Shown: in pieces, positions 1-7,047 of the stretch | Numbering within the stretch: the stretch's first letter is position 1 | Layout: each line of letters opens with the position of its first letter | Origin: Candidatus Brennerbacteria bacterium | GTDB taxonomy: Bacteria; Patescibacteriota; Minisyncoccia; UBA6257; GWB1-50-10 | Assembly: GCA_043799565.1 (NCBI GenBank) | Contig: JAZDNP010000013.1 | Coordinates: forward strand, 5,847 to 69,846 | Reading direction: 5' to 3' | Length of the DNA: 64,000 nt | Translations under genes and position numbers: made by a program | Notes under the pieces: generated by a model | Told to the model about the DNA's origin: nothing | What the model saw: only the letters and a program-made list of their open reading frames with translations | Databases searched by the model: none

Positions 1-111
1 GTGGTCCAAGGGCTTCTCTCAGACGTCGCACCCACAATCCTGGAACTTATGGACATCCCCACCCCACATGAAATGACCGGCACCAGCCTTCTCTCGTACT
101 TTAGGGGTTGA
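1..111 (+). CDS. gpmI: C-terminal end of 2,3-bisphosphoglycerate-independent phosphoglycerate mutase (partial)
   Basis: Frame 1 reads VVQGLLSDVAPTILELMDIPTPHEMTGTSLLSYFRG*, matching the iPGM C-terminal pattern L.DVAPT.L....P.EMTG.SL. Confidence 0.85.
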   Translation: MVQGLLSDVAPTILELMDIPTPHEMTGTSLLSYFRG

Positions 112-133
112 AAGGCATATACTGGAAAAGAAT

Positions 134-496
134 ATGAGATTAGTGGGACGCATTATTTTCTCCGTTGTTTCCAACATGATCGCCCTCTTCGCGGCGGGCG
201 CGTTCATTCCCGAGTTTGCGATCACAAATGAATTCCTACCGCTCGCGGGAGCCGCCGTCATTCTCGCCGCGTTGAACCTCCTTCTTCGCCCCATACTTAA
301 ACTTTTCTTCGGGCCTCTTATGGTGCTCACGTTGGGTCTTTTCTCGGTCGTCGTAAATGGACTTCTTCTCTATGTTCTTGACATCGTGAGCGCTGCCGTT
401 ACCATTCAAGGGTACATGGCGCTCCTTGCGGGGGCGCTTGTCGTAAGTGTCGTGAATGTCGTGCTCCACATGAGCGCAAAACGTATCAGCGACTAA
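134..496 (+). CDS. 4-TM membrane protein, YvlD/phage holin family
   Basis: Four hydrophobic segments, motif LN..LRPILK...P...LTLGLF..VVN. Confidence 0.8.
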   Translation: MRLVGRIIFSVVSNMIALFAAGAFIPEFAITNEFLPLAGAAVILAALNLLLRPILKLFFGPLMVLTLGLFSVVVNGLLLYVLDIVSAAVTIQGYMALLAGALVVSVVNVVLHMSAKRISD

Positions 497-503
497 CTGC
501 CTT

Positions 504-716
504 ATGCAACCCATACTACAAATCATCACATCGGTTATCGTTATTGGCCTCGTGCTCATTCAGGAGCGTTCTTCCGGCATGTCGGGTATTTTTGGCGGCG
601 GCGGGAGCGGCACCCCTTATTACGCAAGGCGCGGGATGGAGAAGGGAATCTTTTATGGGACCATCGTTGCCGTCGTTCTCTTCGCGGGACTCGCGCTCAT
701 GAGCCTCCTCGCGTAG
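504..716 (+). CDS. secG: Preprotein translocase subunit SecG
   Basis: Two TM helices flanking LIQ.RSSGMSGIFGG; RRG.EK motif. Confidence 0.9.
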   Translation: MQPILQIITSVIVIGLVLIQERSSGMSGIFGGGGSGTPYYARRGMEKGIFYGTIVAVVLFAGLALMSLLA

Positions 717-735
717 GAGGCTTTGTGCGCACATT

Positions 736-2325
736 ATGAAACTCGTTCGAAGCATCATTGAAGCATGGGGAAGTACCGAGCGCTCTACAGCGCTCGTTTC
801 CGCATTAGTATTCGTAGGGAGCGCGCTCGCGCTCATCACCGTCACGGTTGCCGCTCATTCCACCTTCGTGCCCGTACAAGGAGGTACCTACCGGGAAGGC
901 ATTGTGGGCCAACCAAGCATTGTGAACCCCATTACCTCGGGAAATCCCGCCGATCAGGACCTCTCGGCGCTTCTCTTTGCTCCCATGAAAACGCTCCTCG
1001 CCGCGGCCGAGCAGAGCAAAGACGCCACTACCTACACGTTGAAGCTTTGGGAAAATCTTGTGTGGGAGGATGGGGAACCGCTTACGTCGGACGACCTGAT
1101 CTTCACTATCGGCGTAGCGCAGGAAGCCACAGCCGAATCTTCGTTTGCCGCCGCGCTCCGCGGCGTATCGGTGGAGCGGGTGAGTATGCTTCAAATAAAA
1201 CTCACCTTTCCCACTCCGAACATTTTTTTTAATGACTTCCTTCTCCGTCTCCCGGTGATTCCCGAACACATTTGGGGAAGGATTCCGATAAAGAACTTCC
1301 ATCTCTCCGAATACGCGCTCCAACCTGTGGGGAACGGTCCATATCGCGTCGCTTCATTCTCAAAGGCGAAGGACGGTTTTGTCGGCGAATACCACCTCGT
1401 CCCGAACGAGCGCTACCTCGGCGAAGCGCCTTTCATCACCGATCTCTATATCAAATTCTTTGAAAGTTCCGAAAAGCTTCTTGATGCGTTCCGCTTGAAG
1501 AGGATAAACGGATTCGGATTTCTCCCGCCGTTCCCCGAAGCGCATGAGGTGTTTGAAGGCGCCGGCATTGCGCGTGTTTCGCTCCCCCGATACTACGCGG
1601 TCTTCCTGAACGCCACCGCAAATGACCTGCTCGCCGACTCCAATTTCCGGCTTGCGCTTTCTCGCGCGGTAAACCGCGGCCGCATTGCGGATGAGGTGTT
1701 CCAAGGAGACGCGGAGAGCTATTTCCCTGGGATTACGGCGGAGGATGCGCGGAATATCTTCTCCACCGAGAGCGCCACAAGTGCTCTCGCAAGGGCAAAA
1801 ATCGACGCAGATGCATCGCTCACCCTCACCGTGCCTGACGTACCGTTCCTCGTAAAAGTGGCAGAGATGGTGGTTGCCGATTGGAGCGCCGTGGGCATTC
1901 CTTCGGTAACCATAAAGAAGGTGCCACTCGTCCGTTTCCGCGACGAAGTGCTTGCGCCCCGCGCGTACGAGATGGTACTTGCGCCCCATGCGCTCACCAA
2001 TCCGCAAGACCTCTATCCTTTCTGGCATTCCGTCTCCCGAGGCGCCACGGGAGAGAATTTTTCGCTCTATGCAAACCGCACCACCGACTCGCTCCTTGAG
2101 CGGATACGGAGCGAGGGAGACGCGGAAGCTCGGGCGAATCTCGCGGAACAGGTTGAGACGAACCTCGCGAAGGATCTCCCCGCCGTATTCCTCGTTTCAC
2201 TCCCCTACACGCACGTGCATACCAAAGACCTTGAGGGATTTCCACACGATACTCTCGTTGCACCCTCCGACCGCTTTTTGAATGTCGCTGAGTGGAGTGT
2301 GGCCCGTGTCCGGGTGATTGAGTAG
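736..2325 (+). CDS. ABC transporter peptide-binding protein (SBP family 5), N-terminally membrane anchored
   Basis: GGTY.EG, W.DGEP.T.DD..FT, PVGNGPY motifs. Confidence 0.85.
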   Translation: MKLVRSIIEAWGSTERSTALVSALVFVGSALALITVTVAAHSTFVPVQGGTYREGIVGQPSIVNPITSGNPADQDLSALLFAPMKTLLAAAEQSKDATTYTLKLWENLVWEDGEPLTSDDLIFTIGVAQEATAESSFAAALRGVSVERVSMLQIKLTFPTPNIFFNDFLLRLPVIPEHIWGRIPIKNFHLSEYALQPVGNGPYRVASFSKAKDGFVGEYHLVPNERYLGEAPFITDLYIKFFESSEKLLDAFRLKRINGFGFLPPFPEAHEVFEGAGIARVSLPRYYAVFLNATANDLLADSNFRLALSRAVNRGRIADEVFQGDAESYFPGITAEDARNIFSTESATSALARAKIDADASLTLTVPDVPFLVKVAEMVVADWSAVGIPSVTIKKVPLVRFRDEVLAPRAYEMVLAPHALTNPQDLYPFWHSVSRGATGENFSLYANRTTDSLLERIRSEGDAEARANLAEQVETNLAKDLPAVFLVSLPYTHVHTKDLEGFPHDTLVAPSDRFLNVAEWSVARVRVIE

Positions 2326-2331
2326 CGCCTC

Positions 2332-2360
2332 TTGACTTTTAAAAAGCGTTCTGCTATCAT
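2332..2360 (+). promoter_or_regulatory. Sigma70 promoter for the structured leader/tRNA-Leu transcript
   Basis: TTGACT-17 nt-TATCAT with extended -10 TG. Confidence 0.75.
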
Positions 2361-2618
2361 TCTTTTAACGTTTCCTTACTCCTAATTTGTTCATCAAGTA
2401 ATCGATAGGGATCCACAAGTAAGCCCGCACACGAACCTGCGTCTTGTATTCGTACGAATTGATATTGTTAGTGTTCTCGTGTTGTTGGCTTTCTTGTGGA
2501 ATAAATGAGTGATTTGGAGACGTGGCGGAATGGTCCCGATTCGTTCCACGCAAAGCGCGACCACGAATCGAGGATCCACGACTCACGACGTAAGTCGGGG
2601 TCGGGACAGATTAAAAAC

Positions 2619-2702
2619 GGGCAGGTGGCGGAATTGGCAGACGCACAGGCTTCAGGAGCCTGCGGGAGCAATCTCATGAGGGTTCAAGTCCCTCCCTGCC
2701 CA
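2619..2702 (+). tRNA. tRNA-Leu(CAG), CCA not encoded
   Basis: Acceptor GGGCAGG/CCTGCCC, anticodon arm CAGGC-TTCAGGA-GCCTG, long variable arm, T-loop GTTCAAGTC. Confidence 0.95.
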
Positions 2703-2748
2703 CAGTAGGAAAACAAAAAGTCGAAATATAAGCAAAAACACAGTAAAT

Positions 2749-4626
2749 ATGATGGTAAGTAAAAGTACGGAAGGAAGTCACGGTACCCACCGCGCACCGG
2801 CACATGGGTCTCCTCGCGGAATGGGAGGGGCACGCCTGCCCGCCGATAGGCGCGGTTCGCCGCGCCGTGAGGGCCCCCGGACGCGTGGATTCCACGAAGC
2901 CGCCCGTCCCGCACGGAAAATAACGCACCGCCCTGTTATCACCAATCGCGCGCCTTCGTCGCCCGATGCGGTGCGTTTTGTCGCACTAGGAGGATTGGAG
3001 GAGATCGGAAGGAACATGATGTTCTTTGAGTACAAGGACGAGATCGTGGTCATTGACATGGGGCTCCAGTTCCCCGAGATAGAAACGCCGGGCATTGATT
3101 ACATTATCCCGAACGTCACGTACCTTGAGGAGAAAAAAAAGAATATTAAGGCGGTCATCATCACGCACGGTCACTACGACCACATAGGCGCGATACCTTA
3201 TCTTTTGGAAAAGCTCGGAAACCCTCCGATGTACGCCACGATCCTTACGCGTGAGATTGTGATGAAGCGTCAGGATGATTTCCCGAACTCGCCGAAACCG
3301 AACTTCGTGCTCATTAAGGGCGGCGAAGAGCACAAACTCGGGAACTATTTCTCCGCACGATTTTTTGATGTGGTCCACAACATCCCCGAAGGTATCGGCA
3401 TCATCCTCAAAACGCCTGTGGGGAATGTGCTTCACCCCGGCGAATTTAAGTTTGACTACGACACCGACGGAAAACCAAAAGGTTTGGACACATGGAAGTG
3501 GGCGTGCGAACAGGGCATCCACACCATGATGCTCGATTCCACCGGAGCGGAAACTCCCGGCTACGCGCTCTCGGAGCGCATCGTGGAGGCGGAGCTGGAG
3601 AAGCTATTCAAGACCGCGCCGGGCCGCATCATCGTCGGCACCTTCGCTTCGCTCCTGGACCGCTTGGGCGAAATCGTGAAAATCGCAGAAAAGCTCGGGC
3701 GCAAAGTGGCGCTTTCGGGTTATTCCATGAAATCCAACGTGCAGATCGCTCAGCGGCTCGGCTACTTCAAATTCAACAAGGAAACGATTATTCCGCTTGA
3801 AGAAATAGGGAAATATAAGGACCACGAGATTTTAGTGCTTTCCACGGGCGCGCAGGGTGAACCGAACGCGTCTTTGATGCGTGTCGCGAACGGCGAGCAC
3901 AAACAAATCCGCATCAAGCCGACCGACACGATAGTGCTCTCCTCTTCGGTGGTGCCGGGGAACGAAAAAAGCGTGCAGAACCTGAAAGACAACCTCGCAC
4001 GCTTGGGGGCGACCATCTACCACCACAAAATGTTGGACATCCACTCTTCGGGTCACGCACCGCAGGAAGAGTTGAAAACGGTGATGGGCCTCGTAAAACC
4101 AAAATACTTCCTCCCCATCCACGGGTATTACTTCATGCGGTGGCGGAACGCGAAGCTCGCGCAGGAAGTGATAGGGTTGAAACCCACGGACACGGTGGTG
4201 GCCGACAACGGCCTCGTCGTTGAGATATCGAAAACCGGCATTCGCCTCACCGGCGAAGAGGTGCCTTCGTACTATGTGATGGTGGACGGGCTCGGCGTCG
4301 GCGACGTCGGTGAAGTGGTGCTCCGCGACCGCATTACGCTCGCGCAAGAAGGCATGCTCGTTATCATCATCACGCTCTCTAAGCGCGATGGGCGGATACT
4401 CAAAAACCCCGACATCATCTCACGCGGCTTCATCTACCTTAAAGAGCAACAGGGCCTTTTGGAGGAGATTCGGAAGCACATCCGCGGCATTATCGGACGC
4501 ATTCCCCACTACCAATCGGTGGATGGTGAGTATGTAAAAACGCTCGTCCGCGACCAGATAGGCCAGTTCTTGTTCACCAAGACCAAGCGTAGACCAATGA
4601 TTCTGCCTGTGGTCATAGAGATATAG
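2749..4626 (+). CDS. rnj: Ribonuclease J
   Basis: LGGLEEIGRNM, THGHYDHIG, HSSGHA, C-terminal RRPMILP; Arg/Gly-rich N-terminal extension. Confidence 0.95.
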   Translation: MMVSKSTEGSHGTHRAPAHGSPRGMGGARLPADRRGSPRREGPRTRGFHEAARPARKITHRPVITNRAPSSPDAVRFVALGGLEEIGRNMMFFEYKDEIVVIDMGLQFPEIETPGIDYIIPNVTYLEEKKKNIKAVIITHGHYDHIGAIPYLLEKLGNPPMYATILTREIVMKRQDDFPNSPKPNFVLIKGGEEHKLGNYFSARFFDVVHNIPEGIGIILKTPVGNVLHPGEFKFDYDTDGKPKGLDTWKWACEQGIHTMMLDSTGAETPGYALSERIVEAELEKLFKTAPGRIIVGTFASLLDRLGEIVKIAEKLGRKVALSGYSMKSNVQIAQRLGYFKFNKETIIPLEEIGKYKDHEILVLSTGAQGEPNASLMRVANGEHKQIRIKPTDTIVLSSSVVPGNEKSVQNLKDNLARLGATIYHHKMLDIHSSGHAPQEELKTVMGLVKPKYFLPIHGYYFMRWRNAKLAQEVIGLKPTDTVVADNGLVVEISKTGIRLTGEEVPSYYVMVDGLGVGDVGEVVLRDRITLAQEGMLVIIITLSKRDGRILKNPDIISRGFIYLKEQQGLLEEIRKHIRGIIGRIPHYQSVDGEYVKTLVRDQIGQFLFTKTKRRPMILPVVIEI

Positions 4627-4630
4627 CCCT

Positions 4631-4659
4631 CAAAACCCCTCATTTTATGAGGGGTTTTG
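4631..4659 (+). terminator. Intrinsic terminator after rnj
   Basis: CAAAACCCCTCA-TTTTA-TGAGGGGTTTTG hairpin. Confidence 0.8.
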
Positions 4660-4664
4660 GTCTA

Positions 4665-4692
4665 TTGACTTATTTTGTGCATATGGTATACT
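4665..4692 (+). promoter_or_regulatory. Sigma70 promoter upstream of the structured non-coding region
   Basis: TTGACT-16 nt-TATACT with extended -10 TG. Confidence 0.75.
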
Positions 4693-4699
4693 GCAACTA

Positions 4700-4982
4700 G
4701 TAAATTGCTGAGCCAAGACTGTTAGTCCGCCTCCTATCAGCGGAGAGCGCGAAGACACCCGCAGGGAACGAAAATTCCTAATAAGCCGGGCTCCTCATCT
4801 AACCGTCGGATAGAGAACGTTCGGTCCGAACGCAATGGCAATTCTAGACGTTGAGTGGAGCGACAAGTTTTTCAAAGCTCACCGCCTAGGACTCGTCAGA
4901 AACAGACGTCGGCACCGAAGTGTTCTGATGCCTATCATGGAAATGGCCTAGGGAAATCGCTTCCCTAGGCCACTTTGTTTTT
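4700..4982 (+). ncRNA. Candidate structured ncRNA of unknown family (~275 nt)
   Basis: Own promoter, no ORF of 60 aa or more, closing stem AATTGCTG(4703)/TGGCAATT(4843) around five hairpins, two further stem domains, ends in a 12-bp terminator. Confidence 0.65.
4944..4982 (+). terminator. Intrinsic terminator upstream of trpS
   Basis: TGGCCTAGGGAA-ATCGC-TTCCCTAGGCCA followed by CTTTGTTTTT. Confidence 0.85.
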
Positions 4983-5020
4983 AGTTTTCCGAGGAGGCGA
5001 CTCTGCTCTATACTAACCAT

Positions 5021-6067
5021 ATGAAACCAATCCTAATCTCCGGCATCCAGCCCTCGGGTAAACTCCACCTCGGAAATTACCTTGGGGCATTGAAGCACTT
5101 CGTGGAGCTTCAGAATTCCGGCAAATACCGATGCTTCTTTTTCATCGCGGATCTCCATTCGCTGACCGGAGAATACGCGCCAAAAGAAAAAACGGCACAG
5201 ATTGCGGACCTTATGCGCTCGTACCTCGCCGCAGGCCTCTCTCCAGTTAAGTCCACGCTCTTTCTTCAATCATCCATTCCGGCGCACAGTGAGCTTGCGT
5301 GGATTTTGAATACCATCACGCCAATGGGCGAGCTTCGGCGAATGACACAGTTTAAGGATAAAGCTTCTGATATGGCAAAATCTAAATCAGGAAAAGTGTA
5401 TGAGATTAGTGTTCACGAAAATGCGATGGACCACTGGAAATCATTAATAGATCCGAACGTTGGTCTTTTTAATTACCCCGTCCTCATGGCCGCGGACGTA
5501 CTCCTCTACGACGCGGGTGCGGTGCCGGTGGGCGATGACCAAGACCAACACTTGGAGCTTACACGCACGCTCGCACGGAAATTCAATTCCCGATTTGGCA
5601 AAACCTTTATTGAGCCGAAATCGCTCCACACGGCGGTACCTCGCCTCATGAGCTTGGACGACCCCACAAAAAAGATGTCCAAGTCCCGTCCTGCCGGATG
5701 CCTCTTTATGGACGATTTACCTTTGGTTATACGCGAGAAGCTTGCACATGCGACCACCGATTCGGGACACGAAGTGAAGTATGATGAGAAAAATAAGCCT
5801 GGCATATCCAACCTCCTCACGATTTATTCAGCGCTCACCGACGAGGCGCTACAGTTAACTGTAGCGCGCTATAAGGACAAGGGATACGCGGATTTCAAGC
5901 GCGCCGTGGCGGACGTTGTGGTAAAAGCACTTGCGCCCTACCAAGCTGCAAAGAAAAAACTCTCCTCCCCCACCGCAAAAGCCGCGTTTGCAAAAGGTAA
6001 TAAGGCCGCGATGGTTATCGCGGAAAATAAAATGGTCGAAGTTAAAAAGAAAATTGGGCTAATCTAA
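5021..6067 (+). CDS. trpS: Tryptophan--tRNA ligase
   Basis: SGIQPSGKLHLGNY, QFKDK, VPVGDDQ.QH, KMSKS. Confidence 0.97.
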   Translation: MKPILISGIQPSGKLHLGNYLGALKHFVELQNSGKYRCFFFIADLHSLTGEYAPKEKTAQIADLMRSYLAAGLSPVKSTLFLQSSIPAHSELAWILNTITPMGELRRMTQFKDKASDMAKSKSGKVYEISVHENAMDHWKSLIDPNVGLFNYPVLMAADVLLYDAGAVPVGDDQDQHLELTRTLARKFNSRFGKTFIEPKSLHTAVPRLMSLDDPTKKMSKSRPAGCLFMDDLPLVIREKLAHATTDSGHEVKYDEKNKPGISNLLTIYSALTDEALQLTVARYKDKGYADFKRAVADVVVKALAPYQAAKKKLSSPTAKAAFAKGNKAAMVIAENKMVEVKKKIGLI

Positions 6068-6068
6068 A

Positions 6069-6308
6069 ATGGAAACTACGAATACAATGGAGATTTCGCC
6101 GAAACTCCGCCTCGCGGCTGCGCTTTTCTGCGGCTTCTTCGGTTTCCTCGGCATCCACCGCTTCTACGTGGGAAAAACCGGCACGGGAATCCTTATGATA
6201 TTGACCGCGGGCGGCTTTGGTATTTGGATCGCCATCGACTTCATCTTCATCGTCCTCGGCCAATTCCGCGACAAAGAGGGCCGCTTGGTTAAGCGTTGGA
6301 TGGACTAG
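6069..6308 (+). CDS. TM2 domain-containing protein
   Basis: GFLGIHRFYVGK.GTG....T.GG.GIW..ID signature. Confidence 0.9.
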   Translation: METTNTMEISPKLRLAAALFCGFFGFLGIHRFYVGKTGTGILMILTAGGFGIWIAIDFIFIVLGQFRDKEGRLVKRWMD

Positions 6309-7029
6309 ACGGAACGTTTGAACCCGTCAAAAACCACCGAAGCGTATCTGTTGGTACCTCACCTTCCTCGTCGGCGAGGTGTTCTTTTTCTGCGCTCCTC
6401 GTCGCGAGAAATTCGTTGAGCGCGTTCCGTTCTCCTTCCGGAAGGTGCGCGATTTCATCCTCGTCCGCGAGAAGAAATCCTTTGAAAAAGAGCCAGCGTG
6501 GGCTGTGTTCGGCGTTCGGGTCGTTCGGAAGATCGGCAAGCGTAAAATCGGATGAGCTCTTGTCGGTCTCTTGGATATACGCATCAAGCGTTGCGTCTTC
6601 AATACCGTATTCACTCATGTTATCGAATACGTTTTTCAGAAGTTCGTGATGCGCGGTGCGTCCTTCTCCATAGAAAGCCTCGTGAAGACCGGACTCGGGG
6701 TTTGTTTTCTTACGGTCAATAAAAATGACGAAGGCGCGGAATGCCCGCTGTTTCCCTTCGCGCTCGGGCGCAAGATAGCGATGTGCTTCGTCGTCAGGTA
6801 CGCCAAAACTCATACACACATCCTCGCGTGCTTCTTCATACCGCTCGGTCTCGCCACTCGTGTCCATGCGGTGCTCTTTATGGAGCTCGACGTGGAGCGT
6901 CTGCGAAACCTTCGGGATTTCCGCCTCCACAATATGACTGTTCACAATGCGAAGGATGCGGAGTTGCCGCTTCTTTTCCTCCCCTTCTTCCTCTGCAGGC
7001 GCCTTAAATATTTCAAACCTTTTTCCCAT
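6289..7029 (-). CDS. Hypothetical acidic protein
   Basis: 246-aa ORF following ileS on the same strand, protein-like composition, no recognisable motif. Confidence 0.65.
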   Translation of the reverse strand: MGKRFEIFKAPAEEEGEEKKRQLRILRIVNSHIVEAEIPKVSQTLHVELHKEHRMDTSGETERYEEAREDVCMSFGVPDDEAHRYLAPEREGKQRAFRAFVIFIDRKKTNPESGLHEAFYGEGRTAHHELLKNVFDNMSEYGIEDATLDAYIQETDKSSSDFTLADLPNDPNAEHSPRWLFFKGFLLADEDEIAHLPEGERNALNEFLATRSAEKEHLADEEGEVPTDTLRWFLTGSNVPSSPSNA

Positions 7030-7047
7030 ATGTTCCGACAGTACCCC

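Noticed and set aside
134-496. Prophage, suggested by the holin-family protein
   Set aside because: Sits in a gpmI-secG housekeeping context with no phage genes
4700-4945. RNase P RNA or group I intron
   Set aside because: Only scattered look-alikes (AAGCCGGGCTCC, CAGAAACAGAC, AAATTGCTG, TAGTCC); GAGGAAAGTCC is absent on both strands and the intron-like motifs are out of order with no host gene
4700-4982. Canonical T-box leader or Trp attenuator for trpS
   Set aside because: No UGGNACC T-box before the terminator; the TGG-AAA-TGG codons near 4938 follow an in-frame TGA with no start codon between
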